DNA of 64,000 nucleotides. Source: Obrimoposthia wandeli. Taxonomy: Eukaryota. The notes under the pieces are model-generated. The model saw nothing but the letters and a program-made list of their open reading frames with translations. It searched no databases and had not been told where the DNA came from. The first letter of the stretch is position 1; every line of letters starts with the position of its first letter. The DNA lies in assembly GCA_977020255.1 (NCBI GenBank), contig CDROCS010001101.1, positions 558,001 through 622,000 of the forward strand. The letters are read 5' to 3'. Positions 38,960-48,816 of this stretch are shown here, in pieces. A program made the translations under genes and the position numbers.

Positions 38960-40213
38960 ATGCAAGTTTTACTCGGTCTACAAATGCTTTTTGTTGCGTT
39001 TGGTGCCCTCGTACTGGTTCCACTACTGACTGGTTTGGATCCCAATGTTGCGCTTTTCGGTGCTGGTCTTGGTACCTTAGTTTTTCAAGTCATTACTAAA
39101 CGTTCTGTCCCTGTGTTTCTTGCGTCCTCGTTCGCTTTTATAGCCCCTATCATGTTTGGTGTACAAACGTGGGGTATTGCGAGCACGATGGGCGGGTTAA
39201 TGGCTGCAGGTTTCACTTATGTATTGCTATCTGTCGTGATTAAATTTCGTGGCGTGAGCATTATTCATAAATTACTACCGCCTGTTGTTGTTGGTCCAGT
39301 GATCATGGTTATTGGCCTTGGCTTATCACCTGTTGCGGTCAATATGGCGATGGGTAAAACCGGTGATGGTTCAATGCAACTCATTGATAATGAAATTGCA
39401 ATTATCATTGCGGCAATTTCATTGTTCACTACGATTGCGGTCAGTGTATTTGGTAAAGGTCTGCTTAAACTTATTCCGATTATGGCTGGTATTTTAGCGG
39501 GTTATGGCGCCAGTCTTGCTTATGGCATTATTGATTTCACGCCAGTGTCTCAAGCGAGCTGGTTAGCACTGCCAAACTTTACTTTCCCTGAGTTTAACAT
39601 CAACGCTATATTGTTCATGATCCCGGTTGCGTTAGCACCTGCGATTGAACACGTTGGTGACATTTTGGCGATCTCGAATGCCACAGGTAAAGATTACCTG
39701 AAGAAACCGGGTCTACACCGTACACTTGCTGGTGACGGTGTTGCGACAATGGCAGCATCAATGTTTGGTGCGCCACCTAACACAACATACAGTGAAGTAA
39801 CTGGTGCTGTGATGCTAACGAAAGCATTCAACCCTGTCATCATGACATGGGCTGCAGTGATCGCGATTGTGTTAGCTTTTGTTGGTAAGTTAGGTGCCTT
39901 GTTACAAACATTCCCTGTACCAGTAATGGGCGGTATCATGATTTTATTATTTGGTACCATCGCAACCGTTGGTCTAAATACTTTGATCACTAACCGCGTT
40001 GATTTACATAAATCACGTAACTTAATCATTGTTGCTGTAACGCTGGTATTTGGTATTGGTGGTATGGCGTTTGGTATCGGCGATTTCAGCCTTCAAGGTG
40101 TAAGTCTTTGTGGTATCGTGGCTATTATTCTGAATTTAGTATTGCCGAATGAATTAGGTGATAACCATGTTGTTGATAAAGTAGAAGTAGATACTGAAAT
40201 CAACGCTAAATAA
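38960..40213 (+). CDS. uraA: Uracil permease
   Basis: GLQMLFVAFGALVLVPLLTG, PNTTYSEVTG NCS2 motif. Confidence 0.92.
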   Translation: MQVLLGLQMLFVAFGALVLVPLLTGLDPNVALFGAGLGTLVFQVITKRSVPVFLASSFAFIAPIMFGVQTWGIASTMGGLMAAGFTYVLLSVVIKFRGVSIIHKLLPPVVVGPVIMVIGLGLSPVAVNMAMGKTGDGSMQLIDNEIAIIIAAISLFTTIAVSVFGKGLLKLIPIMAGILAGYGASLAYGIIDFTPVSQASWLALPNFTFPEFNINAILFMIPVALAPAIEHVGDILAISNATGKDYLKKPGLHRTLAGDGVATMAASMFGAPPNTTYSEVTGAVMLTKAFNPVIMTWAAVIAIVLAFVGKLGALLQTFPVPVMGGIMILLFGTIATVGLNTLITNRVDLHKSRNLIIVAVTLVFGIGGMAFGIGDFSLQGVSLCGIVAIILNLVLPNELGDNHVVDKVEVDTEINAK

Positions 40214-40230
40214 TGACTAAAATAGGAAAC

Positions 40231-40268
40231 AGGTGAACACTGATATATATCGGTGTTCACCTTTTTTT
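40231..40268 (+). terminator. Intrinsic terminator
   Basis: AGGTGAACAC..GTGTTCACCT followed by T-tract. Confidence 0.8.
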
Positions 40269-40269
40269 A

Positions 40270-40833
40270 TCACACTCTTAATGGTTTAGCAGTGTCGTAT
40301 ACCAGTTCGAAATAATGATTATTATTATATTCAAACTCTTGAATAACAGTCAGCCCTAGTTTTTTAGTATGTGCCGCATAAGATCGTGGATTAACCTTAT
40401 TAATAAAAGTCACTAAAATAGGGAAACGCTTCGCCATATGCTCTCGAGAAAAATCAAAGATAGTTTCCAAGGCACCCGTACCACGGATAGTTTTATCGAT
40501 ACAAACTGGACCATATTGATACGAGTTATCAACCGTTAAAGTTTGACCTAAGTAACTTAAGTTATGCAGATCTTTGATCATGTGGGCAAACATTGGCCAG
40601 TTAGACCAAAATGTCCAAGAAGCAGCCATCACATAGGCAACAACTTCCCCCTCTTTACGGGCAATAAACAGGCCACTTTCTTCGGTAATTAAGCGCGTTA
40701 ACTCTTCTTTCGTAAACGGCGTTGTCACAAAGCCATCCGCTTTGTCTTCCGCTGCAATTGAATCAACTTGGTATTTATAATGAAGTGTTAAAGTATCTTC
40801 AATATCACTTAATTCAGCCACTTTTAACTGCAT
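40270..40833 (-). CDS. GNAT-like acetyltransferase
   Basis: YGPVCIDKTIRGTG, NPRSYAAH. Confidence 0.75.
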   Translation of the reverse strand: MQLKVAELSDIEDTLTLHYKYQVDSIAAEDKADGFVTTPFTKEELTRLITEESGLFIARKEGEVVAYVMAASWTFWSNWPMFAHMIKDLHNLSYLGQTLTVDNSYQYGPVCIDKTIRGTGALETIFDFSREHMAKRFPILVTFINKVNPRSYAAHTKKLGLTVIQEFEYNNNHYFELVYDTAKPLRV

Positions 40834-40998
40834 GCTTACGCTTCCTTTTATGGTTATATCAGTCCAACTAGTGGCGCAAATATAACATCATCTTGATAAA
40901 TGGATCCAGCGATAAACACGCACAGTTAATTAGCGATTAAACTACGCTCAGAGAAATAGCTCTAATAAAGAGTCCTGATAAATTGCCCTGATAAAGCG

Positions 40999-41415
40999 TT
41001 ACTTTGGAAAACCAGCAAAGGTAGGTGCGGTTAGAGCCACATCATACCAAGCAGCACGTTCATGCCAAAAGATATTATCTTGCGGTGCCACATTCAGCAC
41101 GGTATCTTCATCCAGATCTAATGAACCAGCAGGCACAATTAACGTTTTACCTTTATTAACTAAATACGGTACACCCGTACCACACTCAGTACAAAAAACA
41201 CGAGCGAAGTGACGGTCTGGATAATCAAAACGTTTAGTCTTATCCATACCTGATAGCCAATTGATATGCTCGGCCTGACAGAAAAGGTTGGATGCGTGCG
41301 CAGAGCCGGTGATCTTTTGACATTGTTGGCAATGACATAAATGAAACTGACTAAAATCATTCGTCACTTCAAACTGAACTTCGCCGCATAAGCAGCCACC
41401 AGTGATCTTACCCAT
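40999..41415 (-). CDS. GFA/CENP-V family Zn protein
   Basis: GGCLCG, CHCQQCQK, FCTECG. Confidence 0.9.
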   Translation of the reverse strand: MGKITGGCLCGEVQFEVTNDFSQFHLCHCQQCQKITGSAHASNLFCQAEHINWLSGMDKTKRFDYPDRHFARVFCTECGTGVPYLVNKGKTLIVPAGSLDLDEDTVLNVAPQDNIFWHERAAWYDVALTAPTFAGFPK

Positions 41416-41486
41416 CTTTATTTCCTTATAATGTATCTAACTCATTAGGTTGTTAATCGAACTATCTAATTTAGCAAATCATCGAG

Positions 41487-41702
41487 CTAACTATCACCAA
41501 TACGGAAGCCAATTTTGAGCGTCACTTGAAAATGCCCGACTGCGCCATCAACTATGTGACCACGGGTTTCAACAACTTCAAACCAATCCATATTCTTAAC
41601 CGTCTTATTGCATTCAGCCAAAGCATTTTGAATAGCTTCTTCAATACTGGTTTTAGATGAACCGACCATTTCAATTTTTTTGTAGGTATGATGATTTGAC
41701 AT
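41487..41702 (-). CDS. Dodecin (flavin-binding)
   Basis: MSNHHTYKKIEMVGSS..WFEVVETRGHI..FQVTLKIGF; start ATG 41702 after GGAG. Confidence 0.92.
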   Translation of the reverse strand: MSNHHTYKKIEMVGSSKTSIEEAIQNALAECNKTVKNMDWFEVVETRGHIVDGAVGHFQVTLKIGFRIGDS

Positions 41703-41783
41703 AACGTACTCCAATTAAGCATAAAATAACCTAAGTGTAAATATAGCTCGGTATTGCTATGATGGTTACAACAAGGAGGTTTC

Positions 41784-42521
41784 ATGTTTAAATCATTAAG
41801 TAAATTGTTAACCACAGCTGTTTATGCGCCCATCATCATTGCGCAAGGCCGTTATGTAAAGAAGGTAACGCCAAGGCTACCAGAGGCATCTGGCGAACGT
41901 TCAGGCACCACAGGTGAAGGACAAAGAATACGACTACTGATTGTCGGCGATTCTGCTGCTGCAGGTGTGGGTGTAGCACATCAATCACAAGCACTAACAG
42001 GACACTTAGTGTCTGCATTGTCCGACTGTTATCAAGTTGACTGGCAGTTATGGGCAAAATCCGGTTATACCACATTAGATAGCTTGAAAATGTTATCTGC
42101 ACAATCTGCACAACATGCGCAAACGTTCGATATTATCGTCACGTCATTAGGTGTGAATGATGTCACAGGCTCATTATCTGCATCAACTTGGATAACACAA
42201 CAGCAAGATCTCATCACTCAATTACGTGCGCAATTTAACTGCCAACAGATCCTTATCACCCAAGTACCACCGATGGGCCAATTTCCTGCACTGCCACAAC
42301 CACTACGCCGTTATTTAGGCGCTAGATCGTCGCAGTTTAACCGTAAACTCGCACAACTCATTACCAGCCAAGCTGATTGCCAGTTAATTGATATCGACGG
42401 TGAGTTAAATCAACAAGACATGGCAGAAGATGGTTTTCACCCTGGGGCTGTTATCTATCAACACTGGGCTGACATTGTCGCTGAGAAGATACATGTAGCC
42501 GTGAAAATAAAAGAACAATAG
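41784..42521 (+). CDS. SGNH/GDSL hydrolase
   Basis: GDSAA, GVND, DGFHP blocks. Confidence 0.9.
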   Translation: MFKSLSKLLTTAVYAPIIIAQGRYVKKVTPRLPEASGERSGTTGEGQRIRLLIVGDSAAAGVGVAHQSQALTGHLVSALSDCYQVDWQLWAKSGYTTLDSLKMLSAQSAQHAQTFDIIVTSLGVNDVTGSLSASTWITQQQDLITQLRAQFNCQQILITQVPPMGQFPALPQPLRRYLGARSSQFNRKLAQLITSQADCQLIDIDGELNQQDMAEDGFHPGAVIYQHWADIVAEKIHVAVKIKEQ

Positions 42522-42584
42522 AACAATATATCCATCGAAATATAACAACTGCGATGCAGACGGTTTAATCACATATCGTGTCAT

Positions 42585-42667
42585 CACTATATAAGCACTG
42601 TGTGATTCACTATATAAACCACTGTACATACTACTGTATAAAGTACTGTACAGACACTCTGTATCAC
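42585..42667. repeat. Degenerate 12-nt tandem array of YACTRTRYA units (LexA half-site-like)
   Basis: ACT(G/A)T at 42597, 42609, 42621, 42633, 42645; ATACTACTGTATA shared with 42849-42861. Confidence 0.65.
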
Positions 42668-42853
42668 GTTAATCAATATCCTGATTAACCTCCCTAGCAA
42701 TAACACCCAACTCTTCCGCCTAAAACAAAAACACCAAAAATAAAACATAAAACCATGATAATTAACAATTAACGTGTTTTCATACTGAATGCGTTAATAT
42801 AATATTTAATATAAAAAGTAATAAATACTTGCAAACACCTGCCTAAAATACTA

Positions 42854-42884
42854 CTGTATATAAAACCACTGGATGTAACAACAG
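42854..42884. promoter_or_regulatory. Tandem LexA (SOS) boxes
   Basis: CTGGATGTAACAACAG (42869-42884, perfect CTG-N10-CAG) plus CTGTATATAAAACCAC (42854-42869, one mismatch), directly before the RBS. Confidence 0.8.
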
Positions 42885-42894
42885 GTAAATAGCC

Positions 42895-43260
42895 ATGCAA
42901 ACTAAATCTTTTATATATAACGCGAACACGTCTGCACATAACAATAGTTTCCTTAATGCTGATGACACCGTAATTGAAGATACTCATGGTCAATGGACTG
43001 CAATCATTGCACCACCCATGACACTTACCGCTGCACTGTTGTCACAGCATGGTATTAGTGCAAATAGTGCATTAATCATTCACAAGGCTAAAATCAATAA
43101 TAAATTTCACACTTTATTGAAAGCAGCTCAAAGCGCGACCATCTCGGCAGTCGTTACCTGGGATGACGAGTTAACAGCAGACGAAATATTCCAAGTTAAA
43201 GCAACGATGAAAAGCTATAACACAGAGTGTGTGATACAGAGCAACAAAAAATTACACTAA
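42895..43260 (+). CDS. sulA: SulA-like cell division inhibitor
   Basis: W-x-x-IIAPP..L..HGI...LIIH....AAQSATISAVVTW pattern plus SOS box. Confidence 0.7.
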   Translation: MQTKSFIYNANTSAHNNSFLNADDTVIEDTHGQWTAIIAPPMTLTAALLSQHGISANSALIIHKAKINNKFHTLLKAAQSATISAVVTWDDELTADEIFQVKATMKSYNTECVIQSNKKLH

Positions 43261-43334
43261 AGAAATAGATACTTGCTATATTTAGTTATTAAAACAGCAT
43301 ATTGAATAACGACTAGATAGAGCAAGGACTGCCA

Positions 43335-44261
43335 ATGAAGATCCTCATAATCGATGATTCCAAGATTGAACGAATCATTATTCGTTCGTACTTACAACAC
43401 CTTGATCACGAAGTCTTTGATGCAGAGAACGGGGAAACGGGTATTGCGATGTTTGCAGAATGCAATCCCGATATCGTATTACTCGGTGTGGTCATGGTTG
43501 GTATTAACGGTTATCAAGTTGCCGCGCAAATTAGAGAGAAATTCACCGACTGGGTGCCGATTATCTTTTTGAGTGGCAAAACAGCACCTGAAGATATCAT
43601 GGTCGGCATTAAAGCTGGTGGTGATGACTACTTACCAAAACCAATTATAAAGCAAATACTCATTGCCAAAATGGCGGCGATGGAACGTATTGCCGCAATG
43701 CGGGCACAGCTTTTACAAACAACTAAAAAATTAGAAATAGCCAATGAAGAGTTAGAGCGCCTAGCTACGCTTGATGGTTTAACGGGCATAGCCAATCGTC
43801 GACACCTAGATATTACCGTTGCTAAAGAGCTGGCTCGAGCACAACGCTACGCACAGCCACTCACTTTCATCATTGCAGACATCGATTTCTTTAAAAAATA
43901 CAATGATCACTATGGCCATATCCAAGGTGACGAATGCTTAAAAGCTGTCGCATCCATACTCGATAATTCACTACGTCGACCTTCTGAACTGGTCGCCAGG
44001 TATGGCGGTGAAGAATTCTGTATGTTACTGCCTAATACCGGCATAGAGAGTGCTAAGTTGGTGGCTGAAAAGTTAGTTAATGCGGTACGTTCACTTGAAT
44101 TTAGGCATGAAGGTATTAACGAACATGCTATCGTCACAATGAGTTTTGGGGTGATGAGTCTGATTCCAAGTCGAGATCTCACCGTCAAAGATCTGATGTT
44201 ACAAGCCGATGAAAAACTCTACCAAGCCAAAGAAAATGGCCGAGATCAATGGATTTTATAG
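43335..44261 (+). CDS. Receiver-GGDEF diguanylate cyclase with degenerate phosphoacceptor
   Basis: REC (IIDDS..DIVLLGVVM..LSGK), DGLTGIANRR, ARYGGEEF. Confidence 0.9.
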   Translation: MKILIIDDSKIERIIIRSYLQHLDHEVFDAENGETGIAMFAECNPDIVLLGVVMVGINGYQVAAQIREKFTDWVPIIFLSGKTAPEDIMVGIKAGGDDYLPKPIIKQILIAKMAAMERIAAMRAQLLQTTKKLEIANEELERLATLDGLTGIANRRHLDITVAKELARAQRYAQPLTFIIADIDFFKKYNDHYGHIQGDECLKAVASILDNSLRRPSELVARYGGEEFCMLLPNTGIESAKLVAEKLVNAVRSLEFRHEGINEHAIVTMSFGVMSLIPSRDLTVKDLMLQADEKLYQAKENGRDQWIL

Positions 44262-44265
44262 ACAA

Positions 44266-44314
44266 AAAAAGGAAACGATCTTTTAACATGTTAGGTTAAA
44301 AGTGTTTCCTTTTT
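44266..44314. terminator. Bidirectional terminator-like hairpin
   Basis: AAAAAGGAAAC..TTTTAAC / GTTAAAA..GTTTCCTTTTT between convergent genes. Confidence 0.65.
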
Positions 44315-44404
44315 ACATTTGTCATATCATCTAATACAGTTATATAGCCTAATGCAGTTATAACAACCTAATAAGGTTTACTGCATAAGCTTTCCAATAA
44401 CGTC

Positions 44405-47400
44405 CTACAAACTCGCTTTAAAGTCTGCAAACGCCATTTTAACGCGTTTAATTGATACTGGGTAACTTGTCCCTAACTGCTGAGCAAATAGCGATACACG
44501 TAACTCTTCAAGCATCCAACGCAGTTTTAATAACTCATTTTGTTGTGCTAGCGTTAATCGAGGCATTTTCGTCAACTGAATATAACTTTCAGTTAATGGT
44601 TGAACCGCCACTGCATTACCACGATCACGCACAGGATCCGCTTTCAGTTTATGCAAACGATGTTCAATAGCGCTAATATAACGTTGTACGTCGACTAATT
44701 TTTTAGCGCCACAGTTCGTCACAAATCCGCTGTAGATAAGATTTGATAATTGCGCTTTAATATCACCATTCGCGACAATCATATCTAACGATACTTTACC
44801 TTTCAGTTGCTTATGTACTTGGTGAGCAGCGGTTAAAATCTTCTCAACCTGTTTTGCTACTTCAACAGTTTCATCCGCTAAGTTTGCACGCACTAATTCT
44901 TTTAATGCTTCAAAACTATCAGCATCGCTCGGGGCTGGTTGTGTTGCTATGATGCTATCTACGGCACAAGAAATACAATCATGGATCAAGTCTGTGACTT
45001 TACCAAACGGATTGAAATACAGTCCAAGCTTGGCTTTATTCGGTAACTTCTGCTCAAGGTATTTAATCGGTGACGGTACATTAAGTAAAATCAATCGACG
45101 TAAACCAGCTTTCGCCGCTACAGCCGCATCTTCTTGATGATCGAACAGCTTAATTTCAACCGAGTTTTTGTTATCAACTAATGCAGGATAGGCTTTAACT
45201 TCATAGCCACCATGCTTTTGTTTAAATTCAGCAGGTAATTTACCAAAGTCCCAGGTAAGAAGGTCTTTTTTCTCAATGCCTTTATCAGCAACTTTCACTA
45301 AGGTTTGTTGAATATTACCTTGTAACTTTTGCTTTAACGCACCAAGGTCATCACCAAAACTGATCTGTTTGAGATTTTCATCAACGATCTTGAAATGCAT
45401 TTTTAGATGCGTTGGCAGCGTTAATAACTCCCACACATCTTGGTCTAACCGTACACCGGTCATGCGTAACAATTGCTTATTTAGACTAGCCTCTAATTCA
45501 CCTTGGCTAGGATCCATATTTTCTAATGCCGCACCCGCATAATTAGGGGCTGGCACAAAATTACGACGCAATGTTTTTGGCAGCGCTTTGATCATGGTAA
45601 TAACCAATTCTTCACGTAACGCCGGGATCTGCCAATCAAACCCTTGCTCATTAATTTGGTTGAGAATAGCTAACGGAATAATCACCGTCACACCATCTTC
45701 AACCGTACCCGGTTCAAAGTTGTATTCTAGTTTGAACTTAAAGCTGTTTTGAGTCCAAAATTCTGGATAACTGTGTGCAGTAATAGACTCTGCATCATGT
45801 TTCATCAAACGTGCTTGGGTTAACGTCAATAGATCCGGTGTTTGCAAGATCTCTTTTTTCCACCAGCTATCAAAGTGACGGCCAGAACAAACGTGCTCAG
45901 GAATAACGTCAGAATAGAAACCAAATAGATCATCATCACTAACCAGAATGTCACGACGACGCGATTTATGCTCGAGTTCGTGAATACGTTCAACTTCAGC
46001 CATGTTGTGCTTGAAGAACGCATGTTTGGTATTAAATTCACCTTCAACTAAACCACTGCGGATAAATATTTCACGACATATCGCCGGATCAATTTGGCTG
46101 TAGTTAACCATGCGCTTAGCGACAATAACCAATCCATACAAGGTCACTTTTTCAGCAGCAACAACCGCAGCACGGCGTTTTTCCCAATGTGGTTCACTGT
46201 AAGTTGATTTATTTAAATGGGTGGACAGCGGTTCAATCCACTCTGGTTGGATCTTGGCAGCAATACGGCCAAATAGACGTGACGTTTCCACCAACTCGGC
46301 AACCATCACCCATTTAGGTTGTTTTTTAAATAACCCAGAACCAGGAAAAATATTAAATTTACTGTTACGTGCACCAGTGTAATCTTGGTCTTTATCTTTA
46401 AAACCAACATGACTTAACATACCAGCTAGCAATGCTTTGTGGATGTTATCACTGTTGCTGATCTCACCCTCTTCGTTAAGCTTGACTGGATTAACAATAA
46501 AGCCAAGTTCTCTCACCACTTGCGACAGTTGCGAGTAAATATCTTGCCACTCACGCACGCGCATATAAGCGAGGTAATCTTTCTTACACAAACGGCGGAA
46601 CTGTGATGAAGAGAGTTCATCTTGCTGCTGTTTGACATAATTCCAAAGATTCAAGAAAGTAATAAAATCAGATTCTTTATCATAAAAACGGCGGTGTTGC
46701 TCATCAGCCGCTTGCTGTTTTTCCATAGGACGTTCACGTGGGTCTTGAATCGACAAGGCCGCGGTAATAATCATTACTTCATTTAAACAACCATTGGTAT
46801 TGGCTTCCATCACCATACGCGCAAGTCGCGGATCAATCGGCAACTTAGCCAAGGCGATACCAACCGGTGTCAGGCGTTTATTATGATCAGCATTGCTGAT
46901 ATCAATCGCGCCTAACTCTTCCAGCAATTTCAGACCATCGGTAATATTCCGGCTATCTGGCGGCTGTACGAATGGGAAATTAGCAACGTCCCCCAACCCT
47001 AATGCATGCATTTGTAAAATAACGGATGCAAGGTTAGTACGCTGGATCTCTGGATCTGTGAATTCTGGACGATTATTAAAATCTTCTTCACTGTAAAGAC
47101 GAATACAAATACCCGCACTGACACGACCACAACGACCCATACGCTGGTTTGCACTGGCTTGTGATACTGCTTCAATCGGCAAGCGTTGTACTTTAGTACG
47201 GTAGCTATAACGGCTAATACGCGCAGTACCAGGGTCAATCACATATTTGATGCCCGGCACAGTTAATGATGTTTCTGCCACGTTGGTCGCTAATACCACT
47301 CGACGGCCAACATGACTTTGGAAAATTCGGTTTTGCTCGGCATTCGTCAAACGCGCATATAACGGAAGTACTTCAGTATCGCGCAGTTTTAACTTGTTTA

Positions 47401-48313
47401 ACGCATCAGCAGTATCGCGGATCTCACGTTCACCGTTAAGGAAAACCAGGATATCACCCAAGCCTTCGCTTTGCAGTTCATCAACGGCCTCAACAATGCC
47501 TTGAATTTGATCGCGTTCGTGGCCATCTTCTTGTTCTGCTAACGCGTTATAACGCACTTCAACAGGATAAGTACGACCAGACACCTCAATCATAGGCGCG
47601 TTATTAAAGTGCTTAGAAAAACGCTCTGGGTCGATCGTCGCAGAGGTAATAATCACTTTTAAATCAGGTCTACGATTAAGTAACTGCTTTAAATAACCAA
47701 GAATAAAATCAATATTTAAACTACGTTCATGGGCTTCATCGATAATGATGACGTCATATCTACTTAAAAAGCGATCTTGTTGGATCTCAGCCAGTAAAAT
47801 ACCGTCAGTCATTAACTTGATATAACTTTTCTTGCTGACGTTATCGTTAAAACGGATCTTATAACCAACATGCTCGCCAAGCTCTGAGTCGAGCTCTTCG
47901 GCAATACGATTGGCAACAGTACGCGCAGCCAGTCGTCTTGGCTGAGTATGACCAATCATGCCATCAATGCCTAACCCGAGGTCGAGGCATATTTTCGGGA
48001 TCTGAGTGGTTTTACCCGACCCTGTTTCACCGGCAATAATAACCACTTGGTTATTTAAGATGGCATCGGCAATATCGTTACGTTTCTGACTAATAGGCAG
48101 AGATTCTGGATACGAGACTACAGGTAAGTTATCAATTCGCGACTGACGCAGGCTTGCCGATGCTGCAATATCTTGCTGCAGTTTATCAACGGTTTTCTCT
48201 TGCTTTTCAGAAGGTAGTTTTTGTGCTGCTTGCAGGCGACGTTTAAAACGAAAACGATCCGCGTGCATACAGTTAGATAGCTCAGCTGTCAGGGATTTTA
48301 AGATACTCTGCAT
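44405..48313 (-). CDS. hrpA: ATP-dependent RNA helicase HrpA
   Basis: 1302 aa; GETGSGKTT, DEAH, SAT, QRMGRCGR, WMLEELRVSLFAQQLGT. Confidence 0.96.
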   Translation of the reverse strand: MQSILKSLTAELSNCMHADRFRFKRRLQAAQKLPSEKQEKTVDKLQQDIAASASLRQSRIDNLPVVSYPESLPISQKRNDIADAILNNQVVIIAGETGSGKTTQIPKICLDLGLGIDGMIGHTQPRRLAARTVANRIAEELDSELGEHVGYKIRFNDNVSKKSYIKLMTDGILLAEIQQDRFLSRYDVIIIDEAHERSLNIDFILGYLKQLLNRRPDLKVIITSATIDPERFSKHFNNAPMIEVSGRTYPVEVRYNALAEQEDGHERDQIQGIVEAVDELQSEGLGDILVFLNGEREIRDTADALNKLKLRDTEVLPLYARLTNAEQNRIFQSHVGRRVVLATNVAETSLTVPGIKYVIDPGTARISRYSYRTKVQRLPIEAVSQASANQRMGRCGRVSAGICIRLYSEEDFNNRPEFTDPEIQRTNLASVILQMHALGLGDVANFPFVQPPDSRNITDGLKLLEELGAIDISNADHNKRLTPVGIALAKLPIDPRLARMVMEANTNGCLNEVMIITAALSIQDPRERPMEKQQAADEQHRRFYDKESDFITFLNLWNYVKQQQDELSSSQFRRLCKKDYLAYMRVREWQDIYSQLSQVVRELGFIVNPVKLNEEGEISNSDNIHKALLAGMLSHVGFKDKDQDYTGARNSKFNIFPGSGLFKKQPKWVMVAELVETSRLFGRIAAKIQPEWIEPLSTHLNKSTYSEPHWEKRRAAVVAAEKVTLYGLVIVAKRMVNYSQIDPAICREIFIRSGLVEGEFNTKHAFFKHNMAEVERIHELEHKSRRRDILVSDDDLFGFYSDVIPEHVCSGRHFDSWWKKEILQTPDLLTLTQARLMKHDAESITAHSYPEFWTQNSFKFKLEYNFEPGTVEDGVTVIIPLAILNQINEQGFDWQIPALREELVITMIKALPKTLRRNFVPAPNYAGAALENMDPSQGELEASLNKQLLRMTGVRLDQDVWELLTLPTHLKMHFKIVDENLKQISFGDDLGALKQKLQGNIQQTLVKVADKGIEKKDLLTWDFGKLPAEFKQKHGGYEVKAYPALVDNKNSVEIKLFDHQEDAAVAAKAGLRRLILLNVPSPIKYLEQKLPNKAKLGLYFNPFGKVTDLIHDCISCAVDSIIATQPAPSDADSFEALKELVRANLADETVEVAKQVEKILTAAHQVHKQLKGKVSLDMIVANGDIKAQLSNLIYSGFVTNCGAKKLVDVQRYISAIEHRLHKLKADPVRDRGNAVAVQPLTESYIQLTKMPRLTLAQQNELLKLRWMLEELRVSLFAQQLGTSYPVSIKRVKMAFADFKASL

Positions 48314-48689
48314 AATAGTTAGAAAACGCCCATTAACTTTAGGATAAAAGCGAAATACTATGCCAGTATCTGTCGAATTTCAAATGATTATTGGATTTCA
48401 AATGAAAAGCCTTAGAGTTGCTCGTTTACAACCACTTTAAGACGCTGTTATGGGACACTTTTTAGTCGATTAAATCGGTATCAATGAAATATAAATTCAA
48501 TAATAAATGGCAGCAATTATTTACACATTTAATAGATAAAATACACAAACAGCCACAATCACCCCCAAATGAGTAGTTCATACTTGGCTTCACAAGCTGT
48601 CACGATTTGTTTACACACCTCGTAACCACTAGTTTCTTTATGCAAATTTATTAAAGCGAGCTATCACACTGATTTTAAACACATGTTAA

Positions 48690-48705
48690 TTCGATCTCTA
48701 TCACA
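48690..48705. promoter_or_regulatory. Candidate CRP site upstream of glpT
   Basis: TTCGA-TCTCTA-TCACA vs TGTGA-N6-TCACA; glpT is CRP-controlled in gammaproteobacteria. Confidence 0.5.
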
Positions 48706-48816
48706 TCAAAAACATTCGAAAGAAAATAGAATGATGTCGATTTTCGCTCGAACGAACATCACACCCTATAAAATGGTTATTAAAAACCATCAACACGTTG
48801 AAACTCGAGGTTATAA

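Noticed and set aside
40884-40945. AAATGG..AGCGAT and TTAGCGATT-AAACT resembling copy A without its core
   Set aside because: Short matches in AT-rich DNA, likely chance.
48731-48760. GlpR operator
   Set aside because: Only the CGAACAT half matches; the other half has the wrong spacing.
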